The notes: generated by a model from the letters alone, not told the origin. 64,000 nucleotides of DNA from Eledone cirrhosa (GCA_964016885.1 OZ024764.1:16492001-16556000); one strand, 5' to 3'. Shown: positions 39,810-53,245, numbered from the stretch's first letter. Numbers and translations are program-made.

Positions 39810-39927
39810 GCATGACTACAAGAAGATATTTGGATTCAATGTCCACAACTTGGATAAAGCTGACCGCTTGCTGTACCGAGGCTCGCTCATGACTCATGCC
39901 ATGCTCTTCACTGGAGTGAATGTTCAG
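39810..39927 (+). CDS. BLMH: Bleomycin hydrolase exon with the catalytic His
   Basis: ttttcag|G-HDYKKIFG...KADRLLYRGSLMTHAMLFTGVNVQ|gt. Confidence 0.96.
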
Positions 39928-40952
39928 GTAGACATTTTATATTCCAATAATTGCTCTTTCAGCTTCCTCTTATAGTTGAAAGTTACCATCACCATTATCA
40001 TCATCATCACCATCATCACCATCATTACCACCATCACCATCAACATCATCACCACCATCATCATCATCACCATCACCATCATCATCACCATCATCATCAC
40101 CATCACCATCATCACCATCACCATCATCACCATCACCATCAACAACATCACCATCATCATCGCCATCACCATTATCATCACCATCATCACCATCACCATC
40201 ATCACCATCACCACCATCACCATCACCACCATCACCATCACCATCATCATCATCACCATCATCATCATCACCATCATCATCATCACCATCACCATCATCA
40301 TCACCATCATCATCACCATTGCTCACATAGAACTGTTTCTGGCTAGGTTTCTACAGCTGGATGCCCTTCCTAACGCCAACCACGTTTACAGTGTGGACTG
40401 GGCGCTTCTTGTCATGACACCCTACATGACCACCTTATAGTGTGGGTTGGGCACAAGCCATGGGATTCAACATCAATGATGGATGAGTTGGATAACGTAG
40501 AGTGCTTTTGCTACTACTACATCATGGTTAACTAAGCGGAATGACCGGTTCTATCCAGTAGTGAACCACTTAACATAAATGTGTGTATATATCATCATCA
40601 TCATCGTTTAACGTCCATCTTCCACGCTAGCAGGGGTTAGACGGGAATTGTTCCACTTGAGGCAAGATTGGTCGGGTGACCGTGTCTCGCTCGTATAGGA
40701 CTGTCTGGCAGGTTTTCTACGGCTGGATGCCCTTCCTAACACCAACCACATTTACAGTGTGGGCTGGGAGGTTTTTACCGTGTTACCTACATGGCCACAT
40801 TACAGTGTGGACTGTGTGTTTTTTTGTTGTGACATCTACACAACCTCATTAGTTTGGACTGGATGTTGTGGTACCTACATAACTTTACAGAGAAAGGGTG
40901 GTGTTGGTGGGGGTGGGAGGATGGAGTAAGGGGTAGTGGGTTGGGGTATTTT

Positions 40953-40991
<39 letters not shown>

Positions 40992-41112
40992 CTAATATAG
41001 AATATTAATATATATATGTTCTGTATGAGCCTGACCGATCTTACCTCAAATGAGGCAACCCGCCTAACCCATGCTAGCGTGAAAAGTGAATGTAAAATGA
41101 TGATGATATGTA

Positions 41113-41450
41113 TGGAGGCACATGGCTTAGTGGTTAGAGCATTGGCCTTGCAATCGAAAGGTTGTGAGTTCAATTCTCAGACCTGGTGATGTGTTGTTTC
41201 CTTGAGCAAGACACTTTATTTCACATTGTTCCAGTTTACTCAGCTGTAGAAATGAGATGATAGGGACTGGGGTCCCTATCATTCCACTGCAAAGTGGTCA
41301 TGGCGGTGCCACGGCAAAAAAGCACCCAGCACTCACTGTAAATGAGGTTGGTGTTAGGAAGGGCATCCAGCTGTAGAAATCAAGCCAGAATCAGTTCCCA
41401 TCCCACCCTTGCAAGCAGGGAAAAAGCGGACGTAAAATGAAATGATGATA
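41113..41450 (+). mobile_element. tRNA-derived SINE
   Basis: GGAGGCACATGGCTTAGTGG...GAGTTCAATTC head and (ATG)n tail. Confidence 0.75.
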
Positions 41451-41517
41451 ATGATGATGATGTATATATGTGTGTGTGTGTGTGCATTATAAAAGCTGAT
41501 TGTTGTTGTTGTTGCAG

Positions 41518-41578
41518 GGAGAGAAAACTACGAAGTGGAGGGTAGAGAACTCTTGGGGCGATGAAGACGGTGATAAAG
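41518..41578 (+). CDS. BLMH: Bleomycin hydrolase exon with the catalytic Asn
   Basis: gcag|GEKTTKWRVENSWGDEDGDK-G|gtgagt. Confidence 0.96.
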
Positions 41579-41797
41579 GTGAGTTTATCTCTCCTATTGT
41601 TTATTTTAGAAAACAGTGTTTTGTTTGAAAGCTATCAAAATGTGAAATGGTTGGTAAATATCAAAAATATGACTACATTGATGCTGAGATGTTACCTTGC
41701 CATTTTTTATAGGCCCTGATATATTTCGGCATAAAACCCTCTCATCAAAAGATTAATAGAAAATAACTAGTTCAGAGCTGTATATTTTTTGCTCCTC

Positions 41798-43890
41798 TTA
41801 ACCCTTTAGCATTTTAACCAGCTGTATCCAGGAAGAATTCTTTTACCTCTTTCTGTTCAAACTGGCCATAACTGGCCACTCATACTGATGTTAAGGTATT
41901 GTTCTGAAACTAAATAGTATCAAGATCTCAAAGATTCGATATTATGTGAGGTAAAGCCTTAACTGTGAAAATACAATCGTATATATAGAGTAATGTAAAT
42001 GTTATGTGAGATATTATGTGAGGTAAAGCCTTAACTGTGAAAATACAATCGTATATATAGAGTAATGTAAATGTTATGTGAGATATTATGTGAGGTAAAG
42101 CCTTTACTGTGAAAATACAATAGTATATATAGAGTAATGTAAATGTTATGTGAGATATTATGTGAGGTAAAGACTTTACTGTGAAAATACAATAGTATAT
42201 ATAGAGTAATGTAAATGTTATGTGAGATATTATGTGAGGTAAAGCCTTTACTGTGAAAATACAATAGTATATATAGAGTAATGTAAATGTTATGTGAGAT
42301 ATTATGTGAGGTAAAGACTTTACTGTGAAAATACAATAGTATATATAGAGTAATGTAAATGTTATGTGAGATATTATGTGAGGTAAAGCCTTTACTGTGA
42401 AAATACAATAGTATATATAGAGTAATGTAAATGTTATGTGAGATATTATGTGAGGTAAAGACTTTACTGTGAAAATACAATAGTATATATAGAGTAATGT
42501 AAATGTTATGTGAGATATTATGTGAGGTAAAGCCTTTACTGTGAAAATACAATAGTATATATAGAGTAATGTAAATGTTATGTGAGATATTATGTGAGGT
42601 AAAGACTTTACTGTGAAAATACAATAGTATATATAGAGTAATGTAAATGTTATGTGAGATATTATGTGAGGTAAAGCCTTTACTGTGAAAATACAATAGT
42701 ATATATAGAGTAATGTAAATGTTATGTGAGATATTATGTGAGGTAAAGACTTTACTGTGAAAATACAATAGTATATATAGAGTAATGTAAATGTTATGTG
42801 AGATATTATGTGAGGTAAAGCCTTTACTGTGAAAATACAATAGTATATATAGAGTAATGTAAATGTTATGTGAGATATTATGTGAGGTAAAGACTTTACT
42901 GTGAAAATACAATAGTATATATAGAGTAATGTAAATGTTATGTGAGATATTATGTGAGGTAAAGCCTTTACTGTGAAAATACAATAGTATATATAGAGTA
43001 ATGTAAATGTTATGTGAGATATTATGTGAGGTAAAGACTTTACTGTGAAAATACAATAGTATATATAGAGTAATGTAAATGTTATGTGAGATATTATGTG
43101 AGGTAAAGCCTTTACTGTGAAAATACAATAGTATATATAGAGTAATGTAAATGTTATGTGAGATATTATGTGAGGTAAAGACTTTACTGTGAAAATACAA
43201 TAGTATATATAGAGTAATGTAAATGTTATGTGAGATATTATGTGAGGTAAAGACTTTACTGTGAAAATACAATAGTATATATAGAGTAATGTAAATGTTA
43301 TGTGAGATATTATGTGAGGTAAAGCCTTTACTGTGACAATACAATAGTATATATAGAGTAATGTAAATGTTATGTGAGATATTAAGTGAGGTAAAGCCTT
43401 TACTGTGAAAATACAATAGTATATATAGAGTAATGTAAATGTTATGTGAGATATTATGTGAGGTAAAGCCTTTACTGTGAAAATACAATAGTATATATAG
43501 AGTAATGTAAATGTTATGTGAGATATTATGTGAGGTAAAGCCTTTACTGTGAAAATACAATAGTATATATAGAGTAATGTAAATGTTATGTGAGATATTA
43601 TGTGAGGTAAAGCCTTTACTGTGACAATAAAATAGTATATATAGAGTAATGTAAATGTTATGGGAGATATTATGTGAGGTAAAGACTTTACTGTGAAAAT
43701 ACAATAGTATATATAGAGTAATGTAAATGTTATGTGAGATATTATGTGAGGTAAAGACTTTACTGTGAAAATACAATAGTATATATAGAGTAATGTAAAT
43801 GTTATGTGAGATATTATGTGAGGTAAAGACTTTACTGTGATAATACAATAGTATATATAGAGTAATGTAAATGTTATGTGAGATATTAAG
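41798..43890 (-). repeat. piggyBac-type MITE whose internal 72-bp unit is expanded to about 27 copies
   Basis: TIR and TTAA at 41798; 72-bp array 41940-43890. Confidence 0.93.
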
Positions 43891-43905
43891 TATAAATATT
43901 ATTAT

Positions 43906-43949
<44 letters not shown>

Positions 43950-44236
43950 GCTTGTGTCTGTGTATACAATGTTCACTTTCCTGACATTTCTACATTATTC
44001 TATGTACTATACATGCACCTTTGATGAGTTGTAGTGCACCTGAGCACTGTACACAATAATTTTCATTATCATTATCCTATATCTGAGTTCAAATCCCGCC
44101 GAGGTTAACTTTGCCTTACATCCTTATGGGGTCGATAAAATAAAATACCAGTAATGAACTGGAATAATTGCTGGCCTTGTGCCAAAAGTAGAAACAATTA
44201 TCATTATCCTATATCTTCTTCTATCTTCTCTTACAG

Positions 44237-44388
44237 GCTATCTGGTGATGGCAGATGACTGGTTTTCTGAGTATGTGTACGAGGTAGTGGTGGATAAGAA
44301 ATTCCTGCCAGCTGACCTCCTTGACCTTCTCAAAGAGAAGCCCATTGTACTGCCCGCATGGGACCCAATGGGCTCTTTGGCCCAATAA
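44237..44388 (+). CDS. BLMH: Bleomycin hydrolase terminal exon
   Basis: tacag|(G)YLVMADDWFSEYVYEVVVDKK...LPAWDPMGSLAQ*; characteristic C-terminus. Confidence 0.97.
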
Positions 44389-44795
44389 AACTACAACAAC
44401 AACAGCAAGAAATGCAAGTACAAGAAAACGAAGGGGAAGACCCTTCCTTGTACATCCATGATTCTAACTTGACAGAAACTTGGCTCTACTCCTTGTCCCT
44501 CTCTTCTACTTTCTCTCCCACCGCATTCTCGTCCCTCTGTCCTGTCATATAGCTCTGACCTCACACCTCTCCCCGACCCCCTTTCTCTCTGTTGACCCTT
44601 GCAAACCAAACAGCCAGTAGCCATTGCCAGTGTCTTGACAAACATGGCTGCCGTGCTGTTAAAGGGAGGTAAGCCACTCACTATCTTTTTCTTTTTCTTC
44701 TTCCAATTTCCTAGAATTGGTTCACAGGTGAACTTTGACATCTCCACCCACCCCACCTCACCCCACCCCACTCCACCCACGGCAGGACCTTGATG

Positions 44796-44805
44796 AATAA
44801 ATAAA
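44796..44805 (+). terminator. Candidate BLMH polyadenylation signal
   Basis: Overlapping AATAAATAAA about 410 nt after the stop, followed by a GT-rich tract. Confidence 0.55.
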
Positions 44806-45043
44806 TGATTAGATATAATGTGTGGATTTGGCTAGGGTTATATAAATATATATACATATAAATTTATATATATATATGTATATATGTATGTATAGATATA
44901 GATATATATAAATTTATATATATATATGTATATATGTATGTATAGATATATATATAAATTTATATATATGTATATATATATATATAAATTTATATATATG
45001 TATATATATAGATATATATATATATAAATTTATATATATATAA

Positions 45044-45096
<53 letters not shown>

Positions 45097-45174
45097 TATA
45101 TACATACAGTATATATATGTATACACTCGTGTTCAAAATATATATATGTATATACACATGCATATATATATGTG

Positions 45175-45206
<32 letters not shown>

Positions 45207-45691
45207 AACACACATATACACATACACATAAGCATGGATTTATGATTTTTATGGGTGAAGTCAGTCATACTGGTGGACAGTTTTATCTATAACTAATCAA
45301 TTTTAATCATTTCTTTTATTAAAAATCAATAAGATACTGCACTTGTTGTTTGTTGTTGTTTTAGTGTGAAGACTACCATAGTCAGCACAAGTGTTTGTGT
45401 ATTTAGTACACTACACTAACTTGTACAGGAGGAAAAATCAACTGACTTCATTCATTTACCGAGTGTTGGGTAAGTATATAATATGGTCCCGAAACTCCTG
45501 ATAGAGTTGTAGGGGTGTCATGTTGACATACAGCGTGTCTTGGCCATTTTTTAAGCCTGGCAGAGCCCATCTCTCTCCAGGCCTCAGTACAGCAGGTTTC
45601 TTCCAGAGAAGCTCTAGGGTTCTTATATATTTGATATATATTTATCCTTATCGAGCCCTCTTTGGATTTTAGTCTTCAAATTTATTATTAT

Positions 45692-45745
<54 letters not shown>

Positions 45746-45748
45746 CTG

Positions 45749-45781
<33 letters not shown>

Positions 45782-45899
45782 ATTGGGAGATAAAGAGAGA
45801 GAGAGATAGAGGAAATGAGAAAGAGATATAGATGAAGAATCAACCCCAGTACTAAACTGGTACTTTATATATATATATATATATATATAATCATCATCA

Positions 45900-46203
45900 T
45901 CATTTTACATCCACTTTTCCCTGCTTGCAAGGGTGGGACGGGAACTGATTCTGGCTTGATTTCTACAGCTGGATGCCCTTCCTAACACCAACCTCATTTA
46001 CAGTGAGTGCTGGGTGCTTTTTTGCCGTGGCAACTCCACGACCACTTTGCAGTGGAATGATAGGGACCCCAGACCCTATCATCTCATTTCTACAGCTGAG
46101 TAAACTGGAGCAATGTGAAATAAAGTGTCTTGCTCAAGGAAACAACACATCACCCGGTCTGAGAATTGAACTCACAACCTTTCGATTGCAAGGCCAATGC
46201 TCT
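45900..46203 (-). mobile_element. SINE copy inverted relative to 41113-41450
   Basis: Close reverse-complement match over ~300 bp. Confidence 0.8.
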
Positions 46204-46689
46204 AATATATATATATATGGAGAGATAACTTGAGAGAGAGGAAATGAGAAAGAGATACAGAGGAAGACTCAACCGCAGTAGTACTATATATAGTACTTTT
46301 ATCGACCTTAAAAGGATAAAAGTCAAAGTTGACCTCGGCGGGATTTGAACTCAGAGAGCAGAAAGCCAGAATAAATACCACAAAGCATTCTATCTGAGGT
46401 TCTAATGACTCTGCAAGTATTGGGTAGAACTCATCAAATCGGACCAAAGAAACAATGTTTCCATTGGTTATTCCATTGCTGATATTATCTACCGGTCACA
46501 ACTCCTAACAGAAGTAGGAACATGAAATAAAGTGTCTTGCTCAAGGTCATAACAAATTGCCTGGTCCAGCAATCAAATTTGCAACCTCATGATTGTGATT
46601 CTAATTATCTAACCACTTAGTCACAAGCCTTCATTATGCTGGCTTTACAATGTATACTTAGGGTTTTAGCATGCTAGGTTAGCTCTCAT

Positions 46690-48765
46690 TAAGAGATCAC
46701 AGCTCTGATACTACAGACATGTGGTTAGAATGTCTCAGGAAAGAATCTCTGAATTGAGAGATCACAACTCTGATACTACAGACATGTGGTTAGAATGTCT
46801 CAGGAAAGAATCTCTGGACTGAGAGACCACAGCTCTGATACTACAGACATGTGGTTAGAATGTCTCAGGAAAGAATCTCTGGACTGAGAGACCACAGCTC
46901 TGATACTACAGACATGTGGTTAGAATGTCTCAGGAAAGAATCTCCGAATTGAGAGATCACAGCTCTGATACTACAGACATGTGGTTAGAATGTCTGAGGA
47001 AAGAATCTCTGAATTGAGAGATCACAGCTCTGATACTACAGACATGTGGTTAGAATGTCTCAGGAAAGAATCTCTGGATTGAGAGACCACAGCTCTGATA
47101 CTACAGACATGTGGTTAGAATGTCTCAGGAAAGAATCTCTGGACTGAGAGACCACAGCTCTGATACTACAGACATGTGGTTAGAATGTCTCAGGAAAGAA
47201 TCTCCGAATTGAGAGATCACAGCTCTGATACTACAGACATGTGGTTAGAATGTCTGAGGAAAGAATCTCTGAATTGAGAGATCACAGCTCTGATACTACA
47301 GACATGTGGTTAGAATGTCTCAGGAAAGAATCTCTGAATTGAGAGATCACAGCTCTGATACTACAGACATGTGGTTAGAATGTCTCAGGAAAGAATCTCT
47401 GAATTGAGAGATCACAGCTCTGATACTACAGACATGTGGTTAGAATGTCTCAGGAAAGAATCTCTGAATTGAGAGATCACAGCTCTGATACTACAGACAT
47501 GTGGTTAGAATGTCTCAGGAAAGAATCTCTGAATTGAGAGATCACACCTCTGATACTACAGACATGTGGTTAGAATGTCTCAGGAAAGAATCTCTGAATT
47601 GAGAGATCACAGCTCTGATACTACAGACATGTGGTTAGAATGTCTCAGGAAAGAATCTCTGAATTGAGAGATCACAGCTCTGATACTACAGACATGTGGT
47701 TAGAATGTCTCAGGAAAGAATCTCTGGACTGAGAGATCACAGCTCTGATACTACAGACATGTGGTTAGAATGTCTCAGGAAAGAATCTCTGGACTGAGAG
47801 ATCACAGCTCTGATACTACAGACATGTGGTTAGAATGTCTCAGGAAAGAATCTCTGGACTGAGAGATCACAGTTCCGATACTACAGACATGTGGTTAGAA
47901 TGTCTCAGGAAAGAATCTCTGATTTGAGAGATCACAGCTCTGATACTACAGACATGTGGTTAGAATGTCTCAGGAAAGAATCTCTGGATTGAGAGATCAC
48001 AGCTCTGATACTACAGACATGTGGTTAGAATGTCTGAGGAAAGAATCTCTGGATTGAGAGACCACAGCTCTGATACTACAGACATGTGGTTAGAATGTCT
48101 CAGGTAAGAATCTCTGAATTGAGAGACCACAGCTCTGATACTACAGACATGTGGTTAGAATGTCTCAGGTAAGAATCTCTGAATTGAGAGACCACAGCTC
48201 TGATACTACAGACATGTGGTTAGAATGTCTGAGGAAAGAATCTCTGAATTGAGAGATCACAGCTCTGATACTACAGACATGTGGTTAGAATGTCTGAGGA
48301 AAGAATCTCTGAATTGAGAGATCACAACTCTGATACTACAGACATGTGGTTAGAATGTCTCAGGTAAGAATCTCTGAATTGAGAGACCACAGGTCTGATA
48401 CTACAGACATGTGGTTAGAATGTCTGAGGAAAGAATCTCTGAATTGAGAGATCACAACTCTGATACTACAGACATGTGGTTAGAATGTCTGAGGAAAGAA
48501 TCTCTGAATTGAGAGATCACAACTCTGATACTACAGACATGTGGTTAGAATGTCTGAGGAAAGAATCTCTGAATTGAGAGATCACAACTCTGATACTACA
48601 GACATGTGGTTAGAATGTCTGAGGAAAGAATCACTGAATTGAGAGATCACAGCTCTGATAGTACAGACGTGGTTAGAATGTCTGACGAAAGAATCACTGA
48701 ATTGAGAGATCACAGCTCTGATACTACAGACATGTGGTTAGAATGTCTCAGGAAAGAATCTCTGG
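46690..48765. repeat. 65-bp satellite, about 32 copies, derived from an RTE-like LINE
   Basis: Unit GAGATCACAGCTCTGATACTACAGACATGTGGTTAGAATGTCTCAGGAAAGAATCTCTGAATTGA; the last unit runs into LINE sequence. Confidence 0.95.
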
Positions 48766-48950
48766 ACAGATTTTGCAGTGAAAACCAACTGGCAGGAGAC
48801 CCAGGGGTAGACCTGGAGAAAGATGGTTGGATAACATCCATGAACTTGCCTGGTCACGCTTGGGGATCTAGCTGGATCAGTTGGAGACGGTTGCTTCTGA
48901 CAGGACCCACTTTGTCCCTGCCCATGACACACTCAGGATTGAGTGGGTGA
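48740..48950 (+). mobile_element. RTE-like LINE 3' fragment
   Basis: HVVRMSQERI...KPTGRRPRGRPGERWLDNIHELAW. Confidence 0.75.
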
Positions 48951-49054
48951 AGAAGACTCCCCAAACCCCAGAAAACCTCAGTCATTAAAGGTACAAATTC
49001 TTTCCAGTGGATTTCAAGGCCAGATTCCTTAAATTCGGCTTTTGTTCTAGTCAC

Positions 49055-49850
49055 CTACCACCATTACTACCACCACCACGCCACTACTACTACTACCACC
49101 ACCACCACTACCACTATTACTACTACTGCTACTACCACCTCCACCACTACTACTACTGCTACTACTACCACCACCACTACTACTATTACCACCACTACAA
49201 CTACCACCAACACTACTACTATTACCACCACCACTACTACTACTACCACCACTACTACTACTACCGCCACTACTACTACCACCACCACTACTACTATTAC
49301 CACCACTACTACTACTACTATTACCACCACTACAACTACCACCAACACTACTACTATTACCACCACCACTACTACTACTACCGCCACTACTACTACTACC
49401 ACCACTACTACTACTACCGCCACTACTACTACCACCGCCACTACTACTACTACCACCACTACTACTATTACCACCACTACTACTACTACTACCGCCACTA
49501 CTACTACCACTACTACTGCTACCACCACTACTACTACCACCAACACTACTACTATTACCACCACCACCACCACAACTACTACTATTACTACTACTACTAC
49601 TACTACCACCACTAGTACTACTACCACCTGCACCACCACTACTACGTCTATTACTTCAATTATTACTACTGCAATTACTACTACTACTACATATATCTAC
49701 CACCCCTACTACATTACTCATCAACACCACCACCACTACTACCACTATTACTACTACATTACTCATCACCACCACCACTACTACTACTATTATTACTACT
49801 ACATTACTCACCTCTATACGTCTACTCCTCCTACTACTAAATATATACGC
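49055..49850. repeat. (CAC/TAC)n trinucleotide field
   Basis: Direct reading. Similar fields lie at 31650-31990, 35350-35715 and 39985-40320. Confidence 0.95.
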
Positions 49851-51032
49851 CACCGTCGCCCTCTTTCTATCTATCACGTTTGCTACCACCTCTATATCTC
49901 TACCCTCTCTTTATCTCATTATGTTTTCTGTTATTTAAAACAACATGGACAACCTGTTAATATGTCGTCTCGTGTTAAGCGTCCATGCCTGATATTGCTT
50001 CCTTCTCGCTATATTTACTGAATTTAGCCGACATAGGCATCGTCTGAAAGAATCTGACACCACACCAAACCACACTACACTACACTACACCAGTCCTCCG
50101 GTCGACAAATCCATTCTGTGTTTGGAGTGCTTGTGGTTTAAAACCATCTCGCACTACACCACTCTACACTACACCACACCACAATACAATACACCACACC
50201 ACACCACACTACTCTACACTACACTACACTACACTACACCACACCACACCACACTACACTACACTACACTACACTACACTACACTACACCAGTCCCCTGA
50301 TCGTCAAATCCATCCTGTATTTGGAGTGCTTGTGGTTTAAAACAATCTCTTCCCCTCGACATACAGACAGTATTATAGAACTACTTATTGGCCAGTAACC
50401 CCTGGAAGAGTGCTTGGGTCGCCGTATTGACATACGACAGTTCTTGGACATTTATTTTAAAATCTGGCAGAGCCCCTCTCCTTGTCTGAATACAGCAGAT
50501 TTCTTCCAGAGAAGGATAGAGAGGGTGAAAGAGATATAGAGGAAGAATCGACCCCAGTATTTGACTGGTACTTTTTTTTTATCGACCTTAAATGGATTGA
50601 AAGGCAAAGTTGACCTAGGCTGGATTTGAACTCAGAAAGGAGAGAACCTGAACGAATACCACAAAGCATTTTATCCAACATTCTAACGACTCTGCCGATT
50701 TGCCATCTATATACACACCCGTCTAACCCATGCTAGCGTGGAAGAACGGACGTAAAATGGTGATGATGATGATGATGATGGTACAGTCGGTGGGTGATGT
50801 CATGAATGAATGAAGTTCTCAAACCAGAGCCCTCATCCCAGATAGTCAGACGGTGGCTGGTGCCGTGAATGAATGAAGTCCACAAGCCAGAGTCCTCACT
50901 CCAGATAGTCAGACGGTGCATGGTGTCATGAATGAAGTACAGAAGCCAGAGCCCTCATCCCAGATAGACAGACGGTGGCTGGTGTCGTGAATGAAGTCCA
51001 CAAGCTAACCATGTATTCCTTGTTTCAATTAG

Positions 51033-51152
51033 TTCGCCTTCTCACTGTCGAACAGGATACTGACTCTTCCACAGACTTTCTACCAAACATCGCCCAGTTT
51101 GCATGGAGACAGGCCAGGGATACGAGCCTCTTGGCTCTAGTTTGCTCAAATG
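51033..51152 (+). CDS. Probable exon of an uncharacterised beta-propeller/alpha-helical protein
   Basis: ag|..RLLTVEQ...AQFAWRQARDTSLLALVCSN-G|gtcagt. Phase 1 joins the 55147 exon to give LLALVCSNGHLLLYW. Confidence 0.65.
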
Positions 51153-51188
51153 GTCAGTATATAGACTTATATATATATATAGACTATA

Positions 51189-51233
<45 letters not shown>

Positions 51234-52137
51234 ATGTTTTATTCATAGTTGTACAAACAACATTACAAATCGTTTACGATTCTTTCAGAATGAAAATATA
51301 AACAGAACATATAAATAAATTTACAGTAGAATAACATAACAAATATGTTTTATATATATACATAAATAACATAACAAATATGTTTTATATATATACATAA
51401 ATAACATAACAAATATGTTTTATATATATATATACATGGAAAAGGAACGATCGACTTTCGTCAAATCGGACCGAGGAAACAATGTTTCCGTTGGTCTTTC
51501 CAATTGCTAATACTATCTATCGATCGCAACTCCATAAATAACATAAATATGTTTTAAATATATACATAAATAACATAAATATGTTTTATATATATACATA
51601 AATAACATAAATATGTTTTATATATATACATAAATAACATTACAAATGTTTAGACAACATTATAAATTGCTCGCGATTCTGTCAGAAAGATATATTCCTT
51701 TAATGTTACAATATTAAAGAAAATATAAAGGAAGGGGTGAACAACGGAGCCAACACCAGAGCAAAAGATAGCAACGAGGGGCACTGGGCAACCTCTCTAA
51801 TGATTCTTGAGGCAAGCCAGCACACTTGCAGTGTTACCTCGGGTGATGGCGAGGCTGAGGTGCTAGAATAACCAAGCGCCCTCGCGATGTATGTACATAT
51901 GTAGAACATATATATGTATATATTGCATATATGTACATATGTACGATATATATATTGCATATATGTACATATGTACGGCATATATATGTATGTATATATT
52001 GCATATATGTACATATGTACGACATATATATGTATATATATATTGCATATATGTACATATGTACGGCATATATATGTATATATATTTGTATGTAGAGATG
52101 TGTAAAATCCCGACCACGGCGCCAAGCAATTTCGGCT

Positions 52138-52169
<32 letters not shown>

Positions 52170-52524
52170 GTATGTATATTTGTATGTATTTATATATAAT
52201 GTATGTATATTTGTATATATATATATATATAATGTATGTATATTTGGATATATGTATGTATATATATATATACATACAAGTATGTATATGTACCTGTGTG
52301 AACATATATGTATGTGTGTGTGTGTGTCTGTATATATAGGTATGTATGTATACAAGTATGTGTGTGGTTTCTGTATATACATGTGTGAACGTATATATAT
52401 ATATATATATATGAATATTTATGTAAATATGTATTGTAAGACACACATGTATGTGTGTGTATATGTAAACAAATACATAGACATACATGTATACACATCA
52501 CGTATTACGTATTAATGTGTGTAT

Positions 52525-52598
<74 letters not shown>

Positions 52599-52994
52599 TA
52601 TCAATGAATCAGATTTAATAAGAACAGGACCTATTGTCAATGGCAATCACAATTATATCAATGTGTGTGTAAGGTCGTTGTTAGATAAAACACGAGCGTG
52701 CTAGGGTCATGATCTATATATATATCTATATATATACACACACGCACATATATTATATATATAGGAGAAAGTATGACCCCGACGGCAGAGCTCAAGCCGT
52801 TTCGAAACGGCTTGAGCTCTGTCGTCGGGGTCATACTTGTTCCTATATATATATTTATATGTAATCCACCCTGATACGTATATATATATATATATATATA
52901 TATATAGGTAAGTTATTCCGGGTTGAATCGGAGGTAACCACAGTAAGTAAGGTACTCAATACATAGCAGAATATAAAAGTTTTAATATAGAAGA

Positions 52995-53043
52995 GATTCT
53001 ACGAGACTAGAACTGTTTCATTCGTGAGAAATCATCAGGAATC
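52995..53043 (-). ncRNA. Putative hammerhead ribozyme, same family as 13227-13278
   Basis: Minus strand reads GATTC-CTGATGA-TTTC TCAC GAAT-GAAA-CAG TTCTAGTC TCG-TA-GAATC. Stem I is perfect; stem III is mismatched. Confidence 0.55.
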
Positions 53044-53187
53044 TGATGAACAGTTCTAGTCCTGTAGAATCTCTTCTATATTAAAACTAACCGGCAAAGG
53101 TGGAAGTTGCTGGATGGCGGTCGCCCTCGGGTCTTTGATTTTCAGCCCCATGGATTTTATCTATTACATTCACTTATTATATTTCGA

Positions 53188-53245
53188 ATACCTGATGATG
53201 TCACCGGATTCACACGGAACCCGGTCATTGAAATGATCATAGTAT
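53188..53245 (+). ncRNA. Putative type I hammerhead ribozyme, sense within an intron
   Basis: ATAC-CTGATGA-TGTCACCGG ATTCACACGGAAC CCGGTCATT-GAAA-TGATCA-TA-GTAT; ATGATCAT palindrome, AUA site. Confidence 0.72.

Noticed and set aside
39924-40440. Poly-His, poly-Asp/Gly and poly-Val ORFs (also 35350-35710 and 49007-49639)
   Set aside because: Trinucleotide repeat fields starting after splice donors or in intergenic DNA.
41113-41190. tRNA gene
   Set aside because: The A/B boxes belong to a SINE head that continues into a shared body and tail; there is no clean cloverleaf.
41715-41752. Additional hammerhead (minus TTGATGA...GAAATATATC)
   Set aside because: The core C is mutated and stem II pairs poorly. 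At most a dead relic.
42031-43848. 605-aa ORF, and the 618/542-aa ORFs at 60347-62203
   Set aside because: These are stop-free frames of a 72-bp tandem repeat inside introns, with no coding evidence.
49920-50060. First coding exon of the uncharacterised gene
   Set aside because: The ATG frames terminate early and no phase-compatible donor was found.
51440-51530. GAAACAATGTTTC / TTTCGTCAAA motif shared with ~46430-46500 as a ribozyme
   Set aside because: There is no intact CTGANGA and no convincing three-stem fold. Treated as a dispersed repeat.
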